From: Bacilli bacterium
GTDB lineage: Bacteria; Bacillota_I; Bacilli_A; RF39; UBA660
Assembly: GCA_045535005.1 (NCBI GenBank)
Contig: JAZSKU010000113.1
Span: forward strand, 1-51,962
DNA length: 51,962 nt
Reading direction: 5' to 3'
Shown in pieces: positions 26,144-35,817 of this stretch. A program made the position numbers and the translations under genes. The notes under the pieces were generated by a model. The model was not told the origin of the DNA. It saw nothing but the letters and a program-made list of their open reading frames with translations, and did no database searches. Positions within the stretch are counted from its first letter, which is position 1. Every line of letters begins with the position of its first letter.

Positions 26144-27094
26144 AAATAAGCCTCCCTTTCGATCATTTTTGATTATTGTACCTGTTTCTTGCAAAAGAGC
26201 TTCTTTAGCTTTTGATAGAGATGTTATAATACCAATACCTTTTTTACTATTTTCGCAGAAATCAACACATGACTCTACTTTAGGTAACATACTTCCAGGA
26301 GCAAATTGTCCATCTCTCATATGTTTTCTTGCTTCTGTAGTACCTATTTTATGTAGTTCTTCTTGATTTTCTTTGTTATAGTTAATAGAAACTTTTTCTA
26401 CTGTAGTTAGTATTAATAACATATCTGCTTTAAGTTCTTTTGCCAAAAGAGAGCTAGATCTATCTTTATCTATGACAGCATCTACTCCTTTTAGTTTTCC
26501 TCTTTCTCTTACTACTGGAATTCCCCCACCTCCAGATACGATTACTATGTTTCCTTGTTCTAACAGGTCTTTAATTAGATCAAGTTCAACTATAGCTTTT
26601 GGTTTTGGAGAAGGTACAACTCTCCTATAACCTCGTCCAGAGTCTTCCACGAATTTATATCCTGTCTTTTTAGCTATTTCTTTTGATTCTTTTTCTGAAT
26701 AAAAGCCACCTATTGGTTTTTGTGGGTTATTAAAAGCAGGATCTCTCTTATCTACTAATACTTGAGTAATTACTGTTGCACAGTTTTTATCAATTTTTCT
26801 TTTCTTTAGTTCATAATTTATTGCTTGTTGAAGGTGATACCCAATGTATCCTTGTGACATTGCTCCACATTCTGCAAATGGTATTTCTGGTGTTTTACCA
26901 TCATTATTTGATGAATACTCAAATGCATTATTTATCATACCTACTTGAGGTCCGTTTCCATGTGAAACTACTACATTGTATCCTTCACTAACTAAATCTA
27001 CTATTGAACTAGCTGTTTGGCTAACTAATTTTAATTGTTCTGCCGGATTGTTTCCAAGGGCATTACCACCTAATGCGACAACTATGCTTTTCAT
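26144..27094 (-). CDS. arcC: Carbamate kinase module, read through in frame into the transporter (797-aa ORF 24701..27094)
   Basis: MKSIVVALGGNALG... and VVSHGNGPQVG motifs. The ~317-aa kinase part ends ...GTIIKNDRKGGLF with no stop codon. Confidence 0.8.
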
Positions 27095-28326
27095 GGTTTA
27101 TCACTTCTAACTAGTGGCATACTCATACATCTTGGTCCACCTCTACCACGAGATAATTCAGCACTATGCATTTGTAATACTTTTATTCCATTATCTCTTA
27201 GTAATTCATTTGTAATATTGTTTCTATCGTAAACAATAACTACACCAGGTGCGATACAAAGTGTATTACTACCATCATTCCATTGTTCTCTTTCTGCTGC
27301 GATTTCATCGCCACCAGCACATGGAATTAATGTTATTTTTCTATTTAAATATTCTTCTAATATTTTTTCTAATGAACTATTTTTCTCTTTAACATTTAGT
27401 CCACCTTCTCCATCAGAAGTTATTTCAAATACTTTTAGTGTTCCCATAATTCCTGGGTGATATGTAAATTTATCTTTATCTATTTGTGTAAATACTGTAT
27501 CTAAATGCATGAATGCACGACATACAGGAATATCAAATGCTAAAATAGTATCTATTTTTGCATCTTTATCAGCAAATATTTTAAGAGCTAATTCTTCTAT
27601 AGCATCAGCGCTTGTTCTTTGTGAAATACCTACTGCTAAGATATTCTTAGATAAGTTTAAGATGTCACCACCTTCAATATGATATGCACTATATCTATCA
27701 AAGTATTTGTCTACCATTCCTTTGAAATCTTTATGGTATTCGAATATATATTCTGCATAAATAGTTTCTCTATTTCTTGTTTCAGAATACATTCTATTTA
27801 ATGATACACCATTTCCAATTGAAGCAAATGGGTCACGAGTAAAATATAAGTTTGGCATTGGATCTACTACAAAAGATGTGTCTGGTTTTAATGAGTCAAC
27901 AAGACTTTTACCTTTTTTAGCTTTAGCCTTAATTACTTCGTTATTTACAATTCCTTCCATTGTTTTAAGAACTAATAATCTATTATTATCTATTGAAGAT
28001 AAATAATCATATACAAGTCCTCTATACTTTGGTGTACGTATTCCAGCTTCATAGATAAATTGTGTTATAAATCTTTCTCTAATTTCTGGATTATCATCAA
28101 GTACTTCTGTCATTAAGTCTTCTAAGTATACAACTTCTACGCCATTATCTTTTAAAATACGTACGAATTCATCATGTTCTTCTTGAGCAACTGGTAAGTA
28201 TGGAATATCATCGAATAATAATCTTCCTAAACTATCTGGTGTTAAATTTAATAATTCTCTACCAGGACGATGAACTAATACTTTTTTTAAAGGATTAATT
28301 TCGCTTGTAACATTGATTGGAAACAT
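27091..28326 (-). CDS. arcA: Arginine deiminase (paralog 2)
   Basis: 411 aa with SEINPLKKVLVHRPGRE and GRGGPRCMSMPL. By eye it is roughly 40-45% identical to paralog 1. Confidence 0.85.
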   Translation of the reverse strand: MFPINVTSEINPLKKVLVHRPGRELLNLTPDSLGRLLFDDIPYLPVAQEEHDEFVRILKDNGVEVVYLEDLMTEVLDDNPEIRERFITQFIYEAGIRTPKYRGLVYDYLSSIDNNRLLVLKTMEGIVNNEVIKAKAKKGKSLVDSLKPDTSFVVDPMPNLYFTRDPFASIGNGVSLNRMYSETRNRETIYAEYIFEYHKDFKGMVDKYFDRYSAYHIEGGDILNLSKNILAVGISQRTSADAIEELALKIFADKDAKIDTILAFDIPVCRAFMHLDTVFTQIDKDKFTYHPGIMGTLKVFEITSDGEGGLNVKEKNSSLEKILEEYLNRKITLIPCAGGDEIAAEREQWNDGSNTLCIAPGVVIVYDRNNITNELLRDNGIKVLQMHSAELSRGRGGPRCMSMPLVRSDKP

Positions 28327-28359
28327 AATCTTCTTCTCCTATTCTATTCTTATGATATT

Positions 28360-28388
28360 ATTATAGCAAACTAAAAAATCAATGTAAA
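28360..28388 (-). promoter_or_regulatory. Promoter of the arc cluster
   Basis: Minus strand reads TTTACA, 17 nt spacer, TATAAT. Confidence 0.55.
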
Positions 28389-28404
28389 CTAAAAAAAGAG
28401 ACAA

Positions 28405-30771
28405 TTATTTGTCTCTTAATATAGCATTATGTTTTTTAACTACGTTTTCTATTATTTTATCGAAGATTGGATTAATTTCTTCATCTGAAAGTGTTTTATC
28501 AAAACTTTCAAAATATAAACTATAAGCAATTGATTTTTTATTTGCTTCTATTTTATCTCCTTCATAATAGTCGAATACTTCTACATTTTTAAGTAGTTTT
28601 CCTGCTGCTTGTCTAATTGTATTCATTACTTCTTCACTATTAATATCTTTTGATATAACGAATGCTAAATCTTTTGTTATACCTGGATATTTAGAGAATT
28701 CTTTATATTTTATTTTACCTGTTTTATTTTCAAATAAAGTATCTAAATTCATTTCAAGAACATATATTTCTTCTTTATATAGTCTTGGATGAACACAACC
28801 AAACATACCTACGATTTTACCACTTACATTGATGTATACACTCTTTGTTGGATGCATTTCTTCAGGGAATTCTTTTACTATGAATGAATATCTATTTTTA
28901 TATCCTAAGTAATCAAGTAAGTCTTCTACGATTCCTTTAATTGTATAGAAATCATATTTTTCTTTAACAAGTCCTTCTGTATAAGTACCTGTTAGTAAGC
29001 AAGCTAATTTAGATTCTTCTGTGTAGTTACCATCTATTGATGAAAATCCACTACCTAATTCGAAGATACTTAAATCTTTTATATTTCTTGCTTTATTATA
29101 ATCATATACAGATAAAAGTGATGTTATTAAACTATGTCTTAATACTACTCTTTCTTCTGTCATTGGATCTTGTACTTTGATAAGACCAAATTCATCGTTT
29201 GTAAATTTGAATATATCATCCATATTAATTAATGAGTATGTTATTACTTCATTAAGTCCGAATGATACCATTTTATCTCTTATGATTCTTTTTTTATTAT
29301 CTTTTACACTTGGTGTGCTTTCTAATACTGGTAGTGTACCTACTATATTATCAACACCATATATTCTACCAACTTCTTCGATTAAATCTTCTTCAATTGA
29401 GATATCTACTCTTCTTGTTGGAACTAATACTGTGAATATTCCATCTTTTTCTGTACATTCGAATTTTAGTTTTCTAAATACATCTTTAACATCAGATACT
29501 TCTAAATTATATCCTAAAACTGATGTTATTTTTGATAGAGCTATATCTATTGATTTAGCTTCTCTATTTAATGTATTGTATTCTAAAGTACCTGTACATA
29601 CTTTAGCATCTGCATATTTAGATAGAAGTGTACATGCTCTTTCTATTGCTAAGTAACATCTATTAACATCAAGACCTTTTTCGAATCTAATACTTGCTTC
29701 GCTTCTTAATATTTTCTTAGATGTATTTCTAATATTTAATGGATTAAAGATTGCAGACTCTATAACTACATTTTTAGTAGTTTCTTCTATTTCTGTATTT
29801 AGTCCACCCATTACTCCAGCAAGACCAACTGTTTTCTTTCCATCTGTAATAACTATATCATCTTCAGTTAATACTCTTTCTGTATTATCAAGTGTAGTTA
29901 CTGTTTCACCTTGAGTAGCCATTCTTGGGCTTATACATTTACCTAATGTATGTGCATCATAGAAATGAAGTGGTTGACCTGTTTCTAACATAACATAGTT
30001 TGAAATATCTACTACATTATTTATTGGTCTAATACCACAAGCCATTAATCTATTTCTAATGAATGCTGGGCTTTCTTTTATAGTTATATCTTTTACTTTT
30101 TTAACTAAGAATGTATATACATTATCTGTATCTACTTTTAATTCTATTTCATCTTTTACATTATCTTTAATTTCATCATATTCAATTGCTGGTTCTTTTA
30201 CTTCTTTATCAGTAATAGCAGATACTTCATATGCAAGACCTAGTTCACTTAATAGATCTGCTCTATTTGCTGTTAATTCGAAATCTATAATTACATCATC
30301 AAGTTCTAAATATTTAATTGGATCTTCTCCAACAATAGCGAATTCATCTAATTCATGAATTCCATTTATATCATTTTCTGTTAAGTATTTATTTTCTAGC
30401 CCTAGTTCTGCTAAAGAACAAAGCATACCATTTGATTCATATCCTAAAATAGTTGTTTTCTTTATTGTTCCACCTGGAAGTTCTGCTCCGTTAAGTGCAA
30501 CTATAACTTTAATACCTTTTCTTACATTAGGAGCTCCACAAATAATATTTAATACTTCTGTTTTAACATCTACTTTGCATACGTGTAAGTGATCACTTTC
30601 TGGATGATCTGTACATTCAAGTACTTCTCCGATAACTAAGTTATTTGCTTTTATTAATCTATCTGTACTTTCACTTTCATTACCGATTCTTACCATTTCA
30701 TTTGTTAGATAATCTATATCTACATCTTTTAAATCAGTATAATCATGAACAAAGTTTTTACTTAATATCAT
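28405..30771 (-). CDS. pheT: Phenylalanyl-tRNA synthetase beta subunit
   Basis: 788 aa. N-terminal tRNA-binding OB domain (VIGEVLECTDHPESDHLHVCKVDV), B3/4 and B5 domains, C-terminal FDX-ACB domain. Confidence 0.9.
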   Translation of the reverse strand: MILSKNFVHDYTDLKDVDIDYLTNEMVRIGNESESTDRLIKANNLVIGEVLECTDHPESDHLHVCKVDVKTEVLNIICGAPNVRKGIKVIVALNGAELPGGTIKKTTILGYESNGMLCSLAELGLENKYLTENDINGIHELDEFAIVGEDPIKYLELDDVIIDFELTANRADLLSELGLAYEVSAITDKEVKEPAIEYDEIKDNVKDEIELKVDTDNVYTFLVKKVKDITIKESPAFIRNRLMACGIRPINNVVDISNYVMLETGQPLHFYDAHTLGKCISPRMATQGETVTTLDNTERVLTEDDIVITDGKKTVGLAGVMGGLNTEIEETTKNVVIESAIFNPLNIRNTSKKILRSEASIRFEKGLDVNRCYLAIERACTLLSKYADAKVCTGTLEYNTLNREAKSIDIALSKITSVLGYNLEVSDVKDVFRKLKFECTEKDGIFTVLVPTRRVDISIEEDLIEEVGRIYGVDNIVGTLPVLESTPSVKDNKKRIIRDKMVSFGLNEVITYSLINMDDIFKFTNDEFGLIKVQDPMTEERVVLRHSLITSLLSVYDYNKARNIKDLSIFELGSGFSSIDGNYTEESKLACLLTGTYTEGLVKEKYDFYTIKGIVEDLLDYLGYKNRYSFIVKEFPEEMHPTKSVYINVSGKIVGMFGCVHPRLYKEEIYVLEMNLDTLFENKTGKIKYKEFSKYPGITKDLAFVISKDINSEEVMNTIRQAAGKLLKNVEVFDYYEGDKIEANKKSIAYSLYFESFDKTLSDEEINPIFDKIIENVVKKHNAILRDK

Positions 30772-31811
30772 TATTGTATCTCCTTTCTATCAAAGTTCTT
30801 TAAGAATCTATAATCGTTAGCATATAAAAGTCTAATATCTGTTATACCATATTTAAGCATAGCAACTCTTTCTATACCAACACCAAATGCGAATCCTGTA
30901 TATTTTTTATGATCAAAACCACATGCGTTTAATACGTTTGGATGTACCATACCACTACCTAATATTTCAATCCATCCAGTTCCTTTACATAAAGAGCAAC
31001 CTTTTTGATTACAATTAAAACATGATACATCTACTTCATAACTTGGTTCTGTAAATGGGAAATAACTAGCTCTAAAACGTACTTTTCTATCTTCACCAAA
31101 CATCTTTTTAGCAAATACCTCTAATGTACCTTTAAGGTCTGATAGTGATATATTTTCTCCTACTACTAAACCTTCAATTTGAGTAAATTGATGTGAATGT
31201 GTTGCATCATCATCTCTTCTATATACTTTACCTGGGCAAATTAATTTGAATGGTTTTTTCTCTACATTTGCAAGCATACTTCTTACTTGTACTGGGCTTG
31301 TATGTGGACGAAGTAACATTTCTTCAGTAATATAGAAACTATCTTGAGCATCACGAGCTGGATGTCCTTTTGGTAAATTTAACATTTCGAATGCATATTT
31401 ATCACATTCTACTTCTGGTCCTTCTACTACATCGTATCCCATTGATGAGAATAAGTCTTCAATCTCTTCAATAACAATACTTATTGGGTGTTTAGTACCA
31501 GTTTTTCTCTTTTTACTTGGAAGTGTTAAATCTATTTTATCTTTTTCTAATTTTTCATTTAAAGCTTTATCTTTAATTGATTTTAGTTTTTCATCTAAAG
31601 CTGTAGTAATTTCATTTCTAATTTCATTTGATTTACTACCTACTTCTCTTTTTTCTTCATTAGATAGATTTCTCATTTCACTCATTACATCGTTAAATTC
31701 ACTTTTTTTACCCATATACTTACTTTTAATATTATTTATAGTAAGTTCACTATCTGCAGATTCTATTTCTTCTAATGCATTATTTTTAATTTTCTCTAGT
31801 TTTTCTATCAT
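30771..31811 (-). CDS. pheS: Phenylalanyl-tRNA synthetase alpha subunit
   Basis: 346 aa with an N-terminal coiled coil, [12 protein letters not shown], and class II motifs. Confidence 0.9.
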   Translation of the reverse strand: MIEKLEKIKNNALEEIESADSELTINNIKSKYMGKKSEFNDVMSEMRNLSNEEKREVGSKSNEIRNEITTALDEKLKSIKDKALNEKLEKDKIDLTLPSKKRKTGTKHPISIVIEEIEDLFSSMGYDVVEGPEVECDKYAFEMLNLPKGHPARDAQDSFYITEEMLLRPHTSPVQVRSMLANVEKKPFKLICPGKVYRRDDDATHSHQFTQIEGLVVGENISLSDLKGTLEVFAKKMFGEDRKVRFRASYFPFTEPSYEVDVSCFNCNQKGCSLCKGTGWIEILGSGMVHPNVLNACGFDHKKYTGFAFGVGIERVAMLKYGITDIRLLYANDYRFLKNFDRKEIQ

Positions 31812-32012
31812 ATTTCCTCCTAATAAAAAAAATATTATAACTTAAGGGTGAAATATATCCACGGTACCACCTTAATTCATAATATTTTATGCTCTTTATT
31901 TTGTTAACGCCAAATTACGTTCTTTTTGTGTGAAGGTGAATTCATAAAAAATTATTTATTAACTTTTCACCAATTTAGTTAATTCTCTTTGAAATAATTT
32001 TGTTTTTACTAC
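31812..32012 (-). promoter_or_regulatory. T-box riboswitch leader (Phe) for pheST
   Basis: The minus strand carries AGAGA and GGTGAAAAG stem-I elements, UUC codons in GAATTCACCTTCAC, and the T-box sequence AAGGTGGTACCGTGG (31859..31873). A long terminator spans 31831..31886 and is followed by TTTTTTTT. Confidence 0.8.
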
Positions 32013-32067
32013 TATTTCTTCACAAAAGATAAGTGTATTTTATCACTAAATATTTATTTTTTCAAGT

Positions 32068-33762
32068 TTATTTATTTAATATTTTAAATATTTCTTCCAT
32101 TAATTTAATTGTTTCTATTTCTCTTGAAGAATCATCTTTTCTTTCTTTTATTTCAACAATATTTTGTTCTATTTTTCTTCCAAGAGTTATTCTAATAGGT
32201 ACACCTATTAAATCCATATCATTGAATTTAATACCTACTGTTTCTTTTCTATCATCTAATATAGTATCTATTCCTAATTTATTTAGTTTATCATATAGTA
32301 GTTTAGCGTATTTATAAGCTTCTTTATCATTAACATTTACTACTACTATACCTACTTTATATGGAGCTACTTCTATAGGCCAAATAATTCCTTTATCATC
32401 ATGGTGTTTTTCTACTATTGATGATATACATCTATCTATACCTATTCCATATGATCCCATATGAACATAGTTAAGTTCATTTTTTTCATCTAAGTATCTT
32501 AAATTATATACTTGGCTATATGAACTACCTAATTTAAATATATGACCTACTTCTATACCTTTTAATATTTCACATTCACTCTTACATTTTGGGCAAAGTG
32601 ATGAATTATTAAATAGTTTTATATTAGCATATCTATTAACTTTAAAATCTATTCCTGGATTTATATTTTTATAATGATAATCTACTTCATTACTTCCACA
32701 TATTGCGTTATACATGCTTTTAACTTCGTTATCTGCAATTACTTCCATAGTTGTTTTAAGTGGTCCTACAAAACCTGGATGTGTACCCATTTTTTCTAGT
32801 TCTTCTACTGTTGGAAGTGATATGCATCTATTTGGATACATTTTTTCAATCTTTTTAAAGTTTACTTCTGCATCTCCTCTTAATAAAAGCATTTTATATA
32901 TTTCATCAACTTTAATAATAATTGCCTTTATTATATTTGATGCATCTACATCTAAATAATCTGTTAACTCTTTTATAGTTTTTATATTTGGTGTATATAT
33001 TTTTTGTTTCTTTTCAATTTGTATATCTTCTTTTTTATATTTATCATAAGACGTAGCATACTCAATGTTAGTAGAATAACTACATTTAGTACATTTTACT
33101 ATTTCATTATCTCCATAATCACATATTACATGGAATTCTTCTGAGTCAATTCCTTTCATTGATTCAGGATCGCTTCTTGCGATTTGAGTAGATAGTCCTA
33201 TACGATTAAATGTATGTTTAAATACTTGGAACATTTTATCGTAACTTATTTCTAAACCACCTTCATCAGCATCAAAACTATATGCATCTGCCATAAGGAA
33301 TTCTTTTTTACGATTAAGTCCATATTCACATTTTATTTCATCTCTATATTTATTAGTTATTTGATATAAACTAAAGTGTAAATCTTTATAACTTTTTATT
33401 TTAATTCTTGATAACAAAGCAAATAATTCTTCATGTGTTGGACATAAAGAATAACTTTTATTATTACGACTTAATATAGTAAATAATTCATCATCTAATA
33501 AATTATTTCTATCAGTCATTTCAAATATTTCTGTATTTATAAATGATGGCATTAATACTTCTTCTGCATTAATTTCATTCATTTCATCTCTTATTATTTT
33601 TTTAATATTATTTACTACTTTTAAACCCATTGGTAAGTATCCATATATACCATTATCGTATTTATGAATCATACCACTTTTAACAAGTAATTTTGTACTT
33701 ATGATATCTTCATCTTTTGGGTATTCTTTTCTTGTTATGAAAAAACTATTAGACAACCTCAT
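32068..33762 (-). CDS. proS: Prolyl-tRNA synthetase, bacterial type with an INS editing domain
   Basis: 564 aa with N-terminus MRLSNSFFITRKEYPKDEDIISTKLLVKSGMI, a ~180-aa insertion between motifs 2 and 3, and a C-terminal anticodon-binding domain. Confidence 0.85.
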   Translation of the reverse strand: MRLSNSFFITRKEYPKDEDIISTKLLVKSGMIHKYDNGIYGYLPMGLKVVNNIKKIIRDEMNEINAEEVLMPSFINTEIFEMTDRNNLLDDELFTILSRNNKSYSLCPTHEELFALLSRIKIKSYKDLHFSLYQITNKYRDEIKCEYGLNRKKEFLMADAYSFDADEGGLEISYDKMFQVFKHTFNRIGLSTQIARSDPESMKGIDSEEFHVICDYGDNEIVKCTKCSYSTNIEYATSYDKYKKEDIQIEKKQKIYTPNIKTIKELTDYLDVDASNIIKAIIIKVDEIYKMLLLRGDAEVNFKKIEKMYPNRCISLPTVEELEKMGTHPGFVGPLKTTMEVIADNEVKSMYNAICGSNEVDYHYKNINPGIDFKVNRYANIKLFNNSSLCPKCKSECEILKGIEVGHIFKLGSSYSQVYNLRYLDEKNELNYVHMGSYGIGIDRCISSIVEKHHDDKGIIWPIEVAPYKVGIVVVNVNDKEAYKYAKLLYDKLNKLGIDTILDDRKETVGIKFNDMDLIGVPIRITLGRKIEQNIVEIKERKDDSSREIETIKLMEEIFKILNK

Positions 33763-33767
33763 ACTTT

Positions 33768-34211
33768 CTATTCCTCTACTATATAACTTATTATTTTTCT
33801 TTTTGCAGCATCTTTTACATCATATCTAACACATACTAATAAGTTATTCATACTTTGTCCAGTTCTTGGATCTGTTAATACAGCTTTTCCTACTTCATGT
33901 CCATTATCATCTTCACTTTTATCACCTGCTACATAACCACGACTAATTAATTCAGATACTAAAATACAAGCACAGTCAGAGTTACATACTTTAACTCCTG
34001 TATAGTCAGCAGATATTGGACTAGGTATTTGAACTAAGTTATCATTAGCCCAGTCTTTAGCTCCATTATTAATAGAGTTTACTTTACTTTGATATGCGTT
34101 TTCTAATACTTCATCTCTTGTCTCTATTATTGATGGTACTACTAAAAGAGATAAAATTGCAAGTATTGCTATTACTGCTAAAAGTTCTATTAATGTAAAT
34201 CCTTTTTTCAT
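33768..34211 (-). CDS. Type IV pilin / pseudopilin (ComGC/PilA-like prepilin)
   Basis: MKKGFTLIELLAVIAILAILSLL carries the class III signal peptide (cleavage G|FTLIE). The start is placed at the ATG at 34211, 8 nt after AAGGAA. Confidence 0.8.
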   Translation of the reverse strand: MKKGFTLIELLAVIAILAILSLLVVPSIIETRDEVLENAYQSKVNSINNGAKDWANDNLVQIPSPISADYTGVKVCNSDCACILVSELISRGYVAGDKSEDDNGHEVGKAVLTDPRTGQSMNNLLVCVRYDVKDAAKRKIISYIVEE

Positions 34212-34331
34212 TTTTATCATTCCTTACTATGTTAATATGAGTATAACAAATTTTAAAAATAATAACAATATTTTATTGAAATAATATCTTTTATAAGTTA
34301 TAATAATTTATAGAATAGAAAGAGGTTTATC

Positions 34332-35759
34332 ATGAAGGAATTTGATTTTGAAAAAATCCCTATAGTAGAGATATGTAATGAAATTCTTTTAGATTCAGTT
34401 AATAGAGGTGTCAGCGATATACACTTTGATCCATCTAAAGATTCTATTAAGATTAGATGTCGTATTGATGGTGTGTTATCTGATTATGCTATTATTCCTG
34501 GAAAATATAAAAGAAATTTAATTTCACGTTTAAAAATGATAGCAAGTATGAATATCATGGAAACTCGTCTTCCACAAGATGGTGCTATCAAAACAAAAAT
34601 TGGTGAAAAGACATTAGACCTTCGTGTTTCGTCTTTACCTACTAACTGTGGTGAAAAAGTGGTTATCCGTATCCTTGATTACTCAAAGAGTTTACAAGGA
34701 CTTGAAACTTTAGGTTTTTCACAAAACAGTTTAGATAAAATTAATAAAATGATTTCAATACCTAACGGTATCATCTTAGTAACCGGAGCTACTGGGTCTG
34801 GTAAATCAACTACAGTTTACTCTATTTTACAAAAGATGAATACTGAAGATGTTAATATAATTACAGTTGAAGACCCTGTCGAAATGGATATTGGTGGTAT
34901 TAACCAAGTTCAAGCTCAACACGAAATTGGACTTGACTTCGCAACTGTACTTAGAAGTATCTTACGTCAAGACCCTGATGTAATTATGATCGGTGAAATT
35001 CGTGACGATGAAACTGCGAGAATAGCTGTTAGAGCTTCTATCACTGGACACAAAGTTTTATCTACAATCCACACCAATAACTCACTTAATACAATAGAAC
35101 GTCTTACAGATATGGATGTTGAAAGATACTTACTTGGTTCTGCTTTATCTGGAATCATTTCTCAAAAGTTAGCAAGAAAGGTATGTCCTCATTGTAAACA
35201 ATTAAGAGAAACTACTCCATATGAAAAAGATGTATTTAAAAAAGTATTAAATCAAGATGTAAGTCAAATGTTTGATGCTAACCCTGATGGATGTGAACAT
35301 TGTTTTAGAGGATATTCTGGACGTGTTGCACTTTTAGAAATACTTGTTATGAATGATAATATTCGTGATGGTATAACAAATGCCGTTCCAAAAGAAGAAT
35401 TAAGAAAAATAGTTTATAAATCAGATGTTGTTACCCTACTTCAAGATGGTCTTGAAAAAGTTGTTCAAGGAGAAACATCATTTGCTGAAATATTAAAAGT
35501 TGTAGACTTAGATAATGACTTAGGAAATTATGAAGACTCAAGTTTACAAACTAGTTTAGATGATACTGATACTACACATGCTGCTAATGAAAGTAAAACT
35601 GAAGTTAAAGAAGAAGCTAAAGAAGAAGTTAAAACTGAAACTAAAGTTGAAGATGATGTAGATTATAGTTCATTAATACCAACTGATCCAGATAATCATA
35701 ATAATGAGATACCTCATGATAATGTTAAACCTGGTGAAATTGAATACTTTAATTTCTAA
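34332..35759 (+). CDS. Type II/IV secretion ATPase (PilB/GspE/ComGA family) with a ~90-aa acidic low-complexity C-terminal tail
   Basis: Walker A GATGSGKST, Asp/His boxes, and the tetracysteine motif CPHC...CEHC. The tail is rich in KTEVKEEAKEEVKTETKVEDD. Confidence 0.85.
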   Translation: MKEFDFEKIPIVEICNEILLDSVNRGVSDIHFDPSKDSIKIRCRIDGVLSDYAIIPGKYKRNLISRLKMIASMNIMETRLPQDGAIKTKIGEKTLDLRVSSLPTNCGEKVVIRILDYSKSLQGLETLGFSQNSLDKINKMISIPNGIILVTGATGSGKSTTVYSILQKMNTEDVNIITVEDPVEMDIGGINQVQAQHEIGLDFATVLRSILRQDPDVIMIGEIRDDETARIAVRASITGHKVLSTIHTNNSLNTIERLTDMDVERYLLGSALSGIISQKLARKVCPHCKQLRETTPYEKDVFKKVLNQDVSQMFDANPDGCEHCFRGYSGRVALLEILVMNDNIRDGITNAVPKEELRKIVYKSDVVTLLQDGLEKVVQGETSFAEILKVVDLDNDLGNYEDSSLQTSLDDTDTTHAANESKTEVKEEAKEEVKTETKVEDDVDYSSLIPTDPDNHNNEIPHDNVKPGEIEYFNF

Positions 35760-35787
35760 AATGCTCTTAAAAGAGCATTTTTTTATT
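35758..35787 (+). terminator. Intrinsic terminator after the pilB-like gene
   Basis: ATGCTC-ttaaaa-GAGCAT followed by TTTTTTTATTT. Confidence 0.65.
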
Positions 35788-35817
35788 TGTTATAAATATT
35801 ATTTAATGGTGAATAAT

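Noticed and set aside
35704-35817. 5' extension of the PBP ORF (track start at 35704, overlapping the end of the pilB-like gene).
   Set aside because: The extension runs through the pilB-like gene's stop codon and terminator hairpin. The ATG at 35818 has a GGTGA RBS and starts the typical cytoplasmic tail and TM anchor.
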